Shown here: positions 49,988 to 58,008 of the stretch, one piece after another
Numbering within the stretch: the first letter of the stretch is position 1
How the letters are laid out: each line of letters begins with the position of its first letter
Source of the DNA: Candidatus Methanosuratincola verstraetei
GTDB taxonomy: Archaea > Thermoproteota > Methanomethylicia > Methanomethylicales > Methanomethylicaceae
Direction of reading: 5' to 3'
Length of the DNA: 64,000 nt
Assembly: GCA_049570475.1 (NCBI GenBank)
Contig: CP186953.1
Location: forward strand, 64,001-128,000
Notes under the pieces: model-generated
Database searches by the model: none
Told to the model about the DNA's origin: nothing
What the model saw: only the letters and a program-made list of their open reading frames with translations
Program-made: the position numbers and the translations under genes

Positions 49988-50930
49988 TCAGGCCCCGGTC
50001 CTGGCCCTGCGGAGCTCTTGGAGTTCCTTTAACCCTTCTTCGACCTGGCGCCTTTCCTCTTCCGTCAGGCCGAGGATGTCGTAGACGGCTTCATCCAGCT
50101 CTTTTTGTGCCCTCTTCTCGGCTTCTATGGCTTCCTTTAATTTTTTACGGGCTTCGAGCTCGAGTATGCCAGGCTGCCCCTTCTTTGTGGATTTAATGCT
50201 CTCGAGGTATTCTTCGGCTTTGATTCGTGCATGAATAGCAATAATAAGTGAATCGATTTTTGTAGGAATTTGTAAGCTTTTGCAATCGATCATGACAGGA
50301 ATCTTCTTTGTTTCATAAACCTTAAGATCTAAGACTCCCCCTCCATAGGAGCGCCCATATATTTCCCCAAACAAAGCTCCAATCGTCGAATTCAATGTCG
50401 CGAAAATACACAATGCAGTATCTTCATCTGAATATATGAAGTAAAATAAGTCAGAACCCAAGGTCTCTGCCTTATTTAAAAATGGCAGTAATTCTTTTAT
50501 CTGCTAATTTCGGAAGCAATAAAGCTGGTTTATCAAATCTTGGTAGCGCTACCATAGCTTCCTCCCTTTTAGAGTTTCTGGCTCCGGAAGCTTTCTTCTT
50601 TCCCTCTTTGATCCCCTTGTCACTTCTATTTCCATCTTCTCGCCGTATTCAATGTACTCCAACGCCCTTGTCCCTTTAAGCGCATCTTTCGGCTTGTCGC
50701 ACATGAAGAAGTACTCGTCCACGTCCTCTGGGCGGATTATCAGCCCCTTGACCTTCTTCGGGGAAGAGACGCAAGGCACGAGGAACTCGGGCTCTATTCA
50801 CCACCCTTGGCTTTTTCCTTCGAGAGGATGAAAAACGCGTTGCACCCAGTCGTAGATCCTCTCACTATCTCGGCTACTTCACCCAAGGGCTTCATCTTTG
50901 GGTGGTTCACCAGCTTCTTGAAGACTGGAC
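49988..50930 (-). pseudogene. 5'-truncated, frameshifted type IIG (Eco57I/TaqI-like) RM methyltransferase, C-terminal/TRD part
   Basis: Fragments across frames: PLGEVAEIVRGSTTGCNAFFIL / IEPEFLVPCVSSPK..YIEYGE..RKLW / ALPRFDKPALLLPK / LNSTIGALFGEIYGRSYGGGVLDLKVYE..ELDEAVYDILGL. At least 3 frame breaks. Confidence 0.8.
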
Positions 50931-50952
50931 GGGACTAATTTGGATCCCCCGC

Positions 50953-52098
50953 CTAGGCAGGCACCGGCGGATTGGCGAGTGGCGCTCCAGCGGAGCCGCC
51001 GCATCCTCCGCCTTTCCCTTCATCGAGGGCAACCCTGAACCCAACATAGGATGCGGTTAGCCCGCTCACCAAAAGCTCGAACCAGAACATCACGAGCCTG
51101 GAGAGTATGGTAACAGACGCGGCTATCTCCGCAGGGACGCCGAATCCCATGAAGAACCCGGTCATCGAGACCTCGATCACGCCGACCAGCCCCGGGATCC
51201 CCACAGGCATCAGCTGGACCATGCTGACGAAGATCGAGACCATGAGCACAGCCCAGTACGAGATCGGGTACCCGATGGACAGGAACATCACATATGGGAT
51301 CAGCGCGACCAAGAAGTACCTCACGGTAGCGATTGCGGCGGAAAGGATCAGGGACCTCCTCCTCGCCCCCGTTATCGACTCCTGGAAGGCGCATAGAGCG
51401 CTCACCGCCCTCTCCTTGCTCCTCTCTGCGTCATAGTCGCGCTTCAGGCGCTTGATGAGCGGGGCCGTACGGGAGATCAGGCCGCAGATGTGCCTCTCGA
51501 ACTTCCTCGAGTTAATTGCAAGGTACACGCCGAGGAGGCTGACGGCTATCGTGGAAACGCCTATCGCAATGAAGGAGTAGAACGAGCTCAGCTGCATCGC
51601 CCCGTTAGCAGCCAGGAGGATGATGCCCAGCCCAAGGACGCCGCAGAATGTGACCGCTAGGATCAGGCGGTGGAGCACCACGCTCGCCGTGGCCTCCCCG
51701 ATGCTCAGCCTAGACCTCTTTGTGGTCATCGTGATCCGCACTATCTCGCCGGAGACAGAACCGGTAGGTATCATCATGTCGCCGAATATGCTGACGAGGA
51801 CGACCTCGAAGGATCGGAGGAAGCCCATCCCTGGGGGGCTTAGGAGGACTTTCCAGCTGAGCGTGAATAGCGATATGCAGAGGACGTCTATCAGGATCGC
51901 GAGAATGGCTACCCTGGGATCGAGCGCCAGGATGATCTGGACAACCTCCCAGAAGCCGACGAAGTATAGGTACAGGAGAAGGATGGCTACCCCTGCGATT
52001 ATCGCCAGCTTCTTAGGGCTTATCGGGAGCTTCCCCAAGGCAATCCCCTTCACGGCATTCCAGATAAGCAGGTATGGGCATAGAGACCTATTAACCAT
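50953..52098 (-). CDS. Lysylphosphatidylglycerol synthase TM / flippase-like (UPF0104) membrane protein
   Basis: PTGSVSGEIVR, PVGIPGLVGVIE, multiple TM helices; start uncertain. Confidence 0.82.
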   Translation of the reverse strand: MVNRSLCPYLLIWNAVKGIALGKLPISPKKLAIIAGVAILLLYLYFVGFWEVVQIILALDPRVAILAILIDVLCISLFTLSWKVLLSPPGMGFLRSFEVVLVSIFGDMMIPTGSVSGEIVRITMTTKRSRLSIGEATASVVLHRLILAVTFCGVLGLGIILLAANGAMQLSSFYSFIAIGVSTIAVSLLGVYLAINSRKFERHICGLISRTAPLIKRLKRDYDAERSKERAVSALCAFQESITGARRRSLILSAAIATVRYFLVALIPYVMFLSIGYPISYWAVLMVSIFVSMVQLMPVGIPGLVGVIEVSMTGFFMGFGVPAEIAASVTILSRLVMFWFELLVSGLTASYVGFRVALDEGKGGGCGGSAGAPLANPPVPA

Positions 52099-52249
52099 GT
52101 CGCTCCATGTATGAATGAGAATAGGAGGCAGGATTGCTCTAGTGGTTAATTGCACAACTTGGGCTTATGCTAAGCATCGCCCTTGAGGACTGACCATCTT
52201 CTTATATTTCCACAAAGCAGAGTAGTTGCAACAATCCGAGGCGGTTTCG

Positions 52250-52984
52250 ATGGGCATCCATGAAAAGCTTGAAAGATCCGTCGAGAGGATCTTCTTCGGC
52301 GGCAGGAGGACGAAGGCGAGCGAGTATATCGCATATGCAACTGGGAACATCGTGCTGATGGTTATCCTCTTCTTTGTGGCACTCAACACTATAGGCTACG
52401 ACTGGACCGGGCAGCTCTACCCGCCTGGCGCTGGATACCGCCTCGACTTCCTGACGGGCGGGCTCGAGGACGGCATCCCACTGGTCCCGGAGTTCGTGGT
52501 CTTCTATTTGTATCTCTTCTACCCCCTGGCGATCGTCACGATGGCCTTCTTCGGCCTCGTCGAGTACAGGAGGGGATACGCCCTGGGGTGGTCCCTCGTC
52601 GCGATCAACGCAATCGCGCTGGCGGTCTACGTGGTATTCCCGGTCTCGACATACTGGTGGAGGCAGGAGTTCCTCGCCCACCCGATGCCTGGCTTCTGGG
52701 CCGAGCAGGTCTACGCCATATGGGGCAGAGACACATCCTTCAACTGCTTCCCGTCGCTCCATGCTGCGGTGTCCACGACCTGCGCCTACGCATGGCACAG
52801 GTACAGGAGGGCTAAGCCTGGACGGGCAACGAGAGTGGCTGAGGCCGTCGCCGTCTTCATCGCAGCGGGCGTCGTTCTGTCCACCCTCTTCGTGAAGCAA
52901 CACTACATAGCGGACGAGGTAGCCGGCGTGGTGCTGGCACTTCTAGTTGGTAAGATCTTGTTCGACCGCCTCTGGAGCGACTGA
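52250..52984 (+). CDS. PAP2 superfamily membrane phosphoesterase / IPC-synthase-like protein
   Basis: NCFPSLHAA and STLFVKQHYIAD motifs, TM helices. Confidence 0.82.
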   Translation: MGIHEKLERSVERIFFGGRRTKASEYIAYATGNIVLMVILFFVALNTIGYDWTGQLYPPGAGYRLDFLTGGLEDGIPLVPEFVVFYLYLFYPLAIVTMAFFGLVEYRRGYALGWSLVAINAIALAVYVVFPVSTYWWRQEFLAHPMPGFWAEQVYAIWGRDTSFNCFPSLHAAVSTTCAYAWHRYRRAKPGRATRVAEAVAVFIAAGVVLSTLFVKQHYIADEVAGVVLALLVGKILFDRLWSD

Positions 52985-53198
52985 ACGCCGCGATGAGGCA
53001 TGCCCCCATCCCAGCACCCACGCCGTTGCGGCGGCTGTGAGCGATATGAGGGGAACTCCGGACTGCAATGTGGTACTTCACCTTGAGCCTCAGTAGAATG
53101 CCCAGGCAATTCGGACGCGCTGCGTCTGCCGGTTCCTGTGAACCCAATTTAGGTAAACCTTATATGCCCACCCTTTGGTAGTAACAATTGGTGGTAAA

Positions 53199-53429
53199 TT
53201 GAGCAAGTACACCACGCTCTCGGTCAAAGTGCCCAGGGAAGTAAAAGAGAAGTTGAAGAAGCACGGCATCAGACCCTCGGAGATTTTGAAGAAGGCCATA
53301 TTAGACGAGATCAGGGAGAGGGAGATCGAGGAGCTGGAGCGGAGGGCGGACGAGATGAAAGATGAATTGGCAAAATTCTCCACGGAGTACGTGGTCAAGG
53401 CCATCAGGGAAGACAGGGATTCCCGATGA
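53199..53429 (+). CDS. vapB: VapB-type antitoxin (RHH-like)
   Basis: TTLSVKVPREVKEKLKKHGI..SE, C-terminal VKAIREDRDSR; ATGA overlap with the PIN gene; CTTATATG TATA at 53159-66. Confidence 0.82.
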   Translation: MSKYTTLSVKVPREVKEKLKKHGIRPSEILKKAILDEIREREIEELERRADEMKDELAKFSTEYVVKAIREDRDSR

Positions 53430-53827
53430 GTTGCGTCTTCGATTCTTCGTCGATATTCGAGGCTCTGATCAGGAAAAGGATAAGGTGCCTCAGCGGCAAC
53501 CTGACGATCAGCCTCGCCAGGTACGAGTTGGGAAACGTGATATGGAAGAGGGGCATGCTTTCCAAGGACCTAAAAACAGATGCCCAAGCGAAGCTCCTCG
53601 CCCTGGCTAGAGACGGGCTCAAACTGATGAAAGTGATCGACATAGAGGGGCAGGAAGAGGGCGTGCTGAATGTGGCTGAGGAGCTTAAGATCGCATTCTA
53701 CGACGCTTCATACGTCTATGCTGCGAAAGCCCGAGGGGTGCCACTGGTGACTGAGGACAAGGGGCTGAGGGAGAGGGCAAAATGCAAGGTAAAAACTGTG
53801 AGCCTAGACCAGCTTGTAGCAACGTAA
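53426..53827 (+). CDS. vapC: VapC PIN-domain toxin
   Basis: VFDSSS, YELGNVIWK, FYDASYV..A, LVTED. Confidence 0.9.
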   Translation: MSCVFDSSSIFEALIRKRIRCLSGNLTISLARYELGNVIWKRGMLSKDLKTDAQAKLLALARDGLKLMKVIDIEGQEEGVLNVAEELKIAFYDASYVYAAKARGVPLVTEDKGLRERAKCKVKTVSLDQLVAT

Positions 53828-53972
53828 ATTGGGAAAATGCACATTGATGCTACCAGAGACTAATAGACGGCACGGCAGGGTAAAAAATTGAGATAATAGC
53901 TTAAGCAATGTGCGCTTGCCTCAGCGTTGGCTTATTTTCTAAACCGATTATGAATTGATATGGAGATTTACA

Positions 53973-54425
53973 TCAATCTATCGTCTCTACCGCCTGCAGT
54001 TCTTCTATATATTCTTCTGAGAGCAGATCTCGACCCTTCAGGAGGTGATTCAGGTATTCCCTTTTCGGCTTTAGTCCTTCTTCAACCTTATTTTCGTTAG
54101 CAACATAAGCCCATGCTTTGAGGGGCTTTCCCTCGCATTCGACTTCAACCTCTATCCTATTATAATGGGCAGGAAAGCCTTCGTAATAATCTAATCTTTT
54201 GAGGCTGGTTTCATCAATTTCATAGAGTATGCCTTCAACCCTTCCCTCGCCTCTGACGATATTGGCAAAGCCAGAGCCCGGGTAGCTTGAATCGCGCTTG
54301 TTAAACACAAGGTTATATCCATTGAGTGTTGCACGCTTTCTTGAGTGGAAAGAGCCTATCCTACCTCTCAGCCTATCTTGATCCATATTCGATCCGTACG
54401 CAAAATAGAATACTTTTTGGGGCAT
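53973..54425 (-). CDS. Gamma-glutamylcyclotransferase (AIG2-like) family protein
   Basis: YFAYGSNM, ANIV, VEGILYEI, LDYYEG. Confidence 0.88.
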   Translation of the reverse strand: MPQKVFYFAYGSNMDQDRLRGRIGSFHSRKRATLNGYNLVFNKRDSSYPGSGFANIVRGEGRVEGILYEIDETSLKRLDYYEGFPAHYNRIEVEVECEGKPLKAWAYVANENKVEEGLKPKREYLNHLLKGRDLLSEEYIEELQAVETID

Positions 54426-54530
54426 ATCTAACACAGTGACACAACAATAATTGTTTGCTAATAATGGTTATTCTTATTGATAGGCATCTTAAAAGAAATC
54501 CGCGATTTAAAAAGCCATGCAGATACGAAA

Positions 54531-54716
54531 TTATCTAGCCTTTATGAAGCCTTTCCCTTCTTCCTTCCTCAGCGTGAACTTGAACTTCTCGCCGATGTAA
54601 TAATCCCTGAAAGTCACTCCGCAGCCGCAGATGTACTCCTTTACGTCGAATTTTCCGTACTTCCAAGATTTTGATTCTTTTTGTATCGATTTACCGCAAA
54701 CAGGACAGTTTGACAT
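54531..54716 (-). CDS. Small basic Zn-ribbon protein (Cren7-like spacing)
   Basis: CPVCG...KSWKYG...C.CG..FR; 61 aa, Lys-rich; GGAGTGA RBS upstream. Confidence 0.65.
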   Translation of the reverse strand: MSNCPVCGKSIQKESKSWKYGKFDVKEYICGCGVTFRDYYIGEKFKFTLRKEEGKGFIKAR

Positions 54717-54911
54717 TTATTTTCACTCCGCATATCTCTATTTTTGATTTTTAGTTAATAAGGATTAATATTTGTATTAATTGCGACTCAAACCATGAAA
54801 ACTTCCCGGGTCTTATTTCCTCGACCTTTTAGCCATCGAAAGCCAGATTCTAAATTATTGGCTTGCAATATCCGAATGATTTTTTAAGCTATTCTTTAAA
54901 CTCAGGCGCTG

Positions 54912-57900
54912 CTATTCCGCAACAAACCTCTCAAACCCTGTGAGCTCGTAGAACGGTCGCAGGACCTCCTTCACGTTCAGGTTTTTGAGCGGATCTGGCA
55001 CGGCATAAATCGTTACAGCCCCGCCCCCTTCCTTGGCTATGAAAAGGACGTATGACTCGTGGTAGAACTCTGCCATGACCTTCTCGTTCGGCGTAAGCTC
55101 TGGGCAGGACCAGTGCCTCAGCCCCTTAACCTCCACCCTCAGAGTCCCGTCCGCCCGGGAGCACTCGAGGTCGTAACCCCGGTTCTCAGCCGACACATCC
55201 TTCACCCTGTACCCCTTTGCTCTGAAGTGAGTTTCCGCTGCCCTCATAGCCATCATCTCCACTTCGTGCCTCTCCCTCCAGGCATCCTCAGGGGACTTTA
55301 CGAACCTCACAGGGCTCGCGGACGGTCCTTCGCCCATCCCCGCACCTGCGTCTTGGCCTGGATCAGCAACTGCTACTGCCCCTGTTTCTACTACTGTTCC
55401 CGTTTCTGCTTCTGCTGCAATGGTTGCGTTTGCTGATGCGCCTGTGCTTGTCCCAGCTCCCGCCCCTTGTCCCAGGCAGACGCCTGCGCCGAGCCGGACT
55501 GTGACGACCTCGACATTCGACTGATTCGGCTCATTGGCGAACCACTCCTTCAAACTCGCCCTTATCCCCTCCCTCCTGTACTCGTCCTTCTCTTTGGAGA
55601 GCTCGTTGCGAATGCGCTGCAGCCCTTCGTCCCATAGCCTCCTCGCGTACTCCAGCCACCTGCCCTTCTGCGCCTCCTCGTACTCCTTAGCCGGCAAGAA
55701 CCTGACCGGCTCTATCCTTCCGGTGAACGCCGGCGCCAGGCTCAGGACTCCCCTGTAGGTGAGCACCCCGTCTGGGGTCTCGACCAACGGCTCCCTGAAG
55801 ACCGCCCTCCCGCCTATCCTGACTTCCTTGATCACGATCTCTCCGTCCATGTCCTTGCTGTAGCTGAAGCTGACGCGCGGATACCCAGCACCGGAGAGGA
55901 GCCCCTTCCCAGCCTGTATCGCTGCCCTCATCCCCTTGCTCTCGAGGGAGAGGGATTTGGAGTCCACCCTCACGTACTCATCGCCGAGGTGGACATGGTA
56001 GCTCGATGGAAAGTCCCCGACCGCTGCCCCCGCGTCCTTCAGGTACTGGAGGAACCTAAGGAGGTCTGCCTCGAGGACTATGTCGTTGAGGTTCACGATG
56101 TTCAGCTTTTGGAGAGACTCGGCGTTCACTACCCGCGGGAGCGACATGCTCTTGCTCAGGACTTCCAGGACCTCCTTCCCCAGCTTCTCCGTCGCCTCGT
56201 GAGCCTTCTCCAGCCTTCCCTCTGCGTCGCCGCCCGTGTATGCCTCCTTGACCACTTCTTCCACGGGGCCGAGCTCCTTGCCGAATACCGAGAGACCCAC
56301 GTCCCCGAACTCCCTGCTTATCCTGGCTATCTTCTCGAGCATGACCTCCATGACCCTCCTCTCGACTGGGAACGGCGGGAGGAAGTTCACTATCAGCAGG
56401 TGCTTGTGCTGCTGCTTCAGCCGCCATATCCTCCCTACCCTCTGTATGTACGCCACGGGCGACCAGGGCACCTCGTAGTTCACCTCGACTGAGGCTGCCT
56501 GCAGGTTAAGCGACTCCCCCATGGCGTCCGTCCCGACGATGACCCTGTGCGCCGCGCTGCTGGTGAATTCGTCCACGACCTTCTTCCTCTCGTCTATGTC
56601 CATGGATCCCGTTATCACGAGCGGATTGAGATCAGCCAAGATCTCCTTCAGGTACTCCACCGTCTCCCTGAAGGACGTGAAGATTATGGCTTTCCTCCCT
56701 TCGCCGTTCAGCCCCCTTGCAATCTCGAGGAGGCGCTTTCCCTTGCTGTCAACCGGCATCTGCCTGAGGAGGCGCTCGCCCTTCTCGATGAGCGGCTTCA
56801 GCTCTGCGATCTCCGCCTCGAGCTCTTCCCTGCTGGCTGCCATGCCCAGCAACTTCTCAAGCTCATCCTCCGTGAGCTCCCCGCCCTCCCTCACCCTCTC
56901 TGCGTATTCCTCTGCCTCCTCGTCGGTGATGCCCTCGATCTGGTCCAGGACGATCTTCTCCCTCCTCCTCTTCAGCAGCTTCAGACCCGCCCTCATACTC
57001 GAGGATATGGCCCTGCTCACTATAACGCCGAGGAGCCCGTACCCTCGCCCGGCGCGGTAGATCCTCCTTATGTACTGCTCTGCGGACCGGTAGAAGTCCT
57101 CCTCATCCGGCGTGACGGGCGGCTCCTCCTTCCTTTCTTCCACAAGCTGGTCGAAGAGGGGGCGGTTGTTGATGTCCTTGCCCTCCTTCTTAGTCCTCCT
57201 GATGACGAGCGGGCTCGGGGCGATCGTGCTCAGGCGGAAGTTGTACTTCTCGGAGGATCCGTCGTGAGGAGTGGCTGTGAGGGCAATGAAGTGCCGGGTC
57301 TTCTTCGTGAGCAGCGAGACCAGCCTCCTTCTCAAGTTGTACGGGGATACGCGGTGGTACTCGTCCACGACGATCATATCCCACTCCTGGGAGGAGAGCC
57401 GCTCTTCCCACCGGTCTGCCTTCAGGGTCTCCATCGAGGCTATCGTGAGGTCCGCGAAGGATGGATTCTTGGGATCGAATGTGGTGAACTCTAGCCCGAA
57501 CTTGTCATTCATCTCTGCCCTGAACTGCGGGAGCACTGAGGGGGGCGTGATTATCAGGATCCTCCTGGCTGGCGGTCTCGGCGGCTTGAGCGGGAACTCG
57601 GACCTGCCAAGGAGCTCCTTGATCAGCATCCCCACCAAGATGGTCTTCCCAAGCCCGGTCTCGTAGGCTATGAGCGTGCGGATGCACCCGCCCCTCTTCT
57701 CCTCCTCCATGAGCTTCGCAAAATCGTGGATCTGGTACGGGATGAGGTCTATCTTCGACGATGAGAAGACCGAGAGGGGGTCGTATTCAGCTTTACACTC
57801 CAAGTAGTGGGCGGTGAGGAAAGCCATGAAGGCAGCATAGCCCCGGTATTCCTCGGATATCGATCCTCCTGCGGGGGGTGCTGGAGCGGTATTCATAGAA

Positions 57901-57995
57901 GAATGAGGGGCGTTAGTCGAGGCAAGAAAGGCGTTTGTTGAGGTTGAGGCGCAGGGGGCGGCGTTCAAGGGAGTGCCATGTCCTTCACTGGTCAT
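54912..57995 (-). CDS. SNF2-family helicase with C-terminal DUF3883 (NOV-C) PD-(D/E)xK nuclease
   Basis: ETGLGKT, DEYH, TATPH, GESLNLQ, QRVGRI; C-terminal GYDL..VEVKG..LTPNE. Confidence 0.88.
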   Translation of the reverse strand: MTSEGHGTPLNAAPCASTSTNAFLASTNAPHSSMNTAPAPPAGGSISEEYRGYAAFMAFLTAHYLECKAEYDPLSVFSSSKIDLIPYQIHDFAKLMEEEKRGGCIRTLIAYETGLGKTILVGMLIKELLGRSEFPLKPPRPPARRILIITPPSVLPQFRAEMNDKFGLEFTTFDPKNPSFADLTIASMETLKADRWEERLSSQEWDMIVVDEYHRVSPYNLRRRLVSLLTKKTRHFIALTATPHDGSSEKYNFRLSTIAPSPLVIRRTKKEGKDINNRPLFDQLVEERKEEPPVTPDEEDFYRSAEQYIRRIYRAGRGYGLLGVIVSRAISSSMRAGLKLLKRRREKIVLDQIEGITDEEAEEYAERVREGGELTEDELEKLLGMAASREELEAEIAELKPLIEKGERLLRQMPVDSKGKRLLEIARGLNGEGRKAIIFTSFRETVEYLKEILADLNPLVITGSMDIDERKKVVDEFTSSAAHRVIVGTDAMGESLNLQAASVEVNYEVPWSPVAYIQRVGRIWRLKQQHKHLLIVNFLPPFPVERRVMEVMLEKIARISREFGDVGLSVFGKELGPVEEVVKEAYTGGDAEGRLEKAHEATEKLGKEVLEVLSKSMSLPRVVNAESLQKLNIVNLNDIVLEADLLRFLQYLKDAGAAVGDFPSSYHVHLGDEYVRVDSKSLSLESKGMRAAIQAGKGLLSGAGYPRVSFSYSKDMDGEIVIKEVRIGGRAVFREPLVETPDGVLTYRGVLSLAPAFTGRIEPVRFLPAKEYEEAQKGRWLEYARRLWDEGLQRIRNELSKEKDEYRREGIRASLKEWFANEPNQSNVEVVTVRLGAGVCLGQGAGAGTSTGASANATIAAEAETGTVVETGAVAVADPGQDAGAGMGEGPSASPVRFVKSPEDAWRERHEVEMMAMRAAETHFRAKGYRVKDVSAENRGYDLECSRADGTLRVEVKGLRHWSCPELTPNEKVMAEFYHESYVLFIAKEGGGAVTIYAVPDPLKNLNVKEVLRPFYELTGFERFVAE

Positions 57996-58008
57996 CGCTC
58001 TCCACCGC

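Noticed and set aside
52985-53150. Intergenic stretch with a KYHIAV peptide weakly recalling IS200 TnpA
   Set aside because: Too short, with no HUH motif or terminal hairpins supporting an IS.
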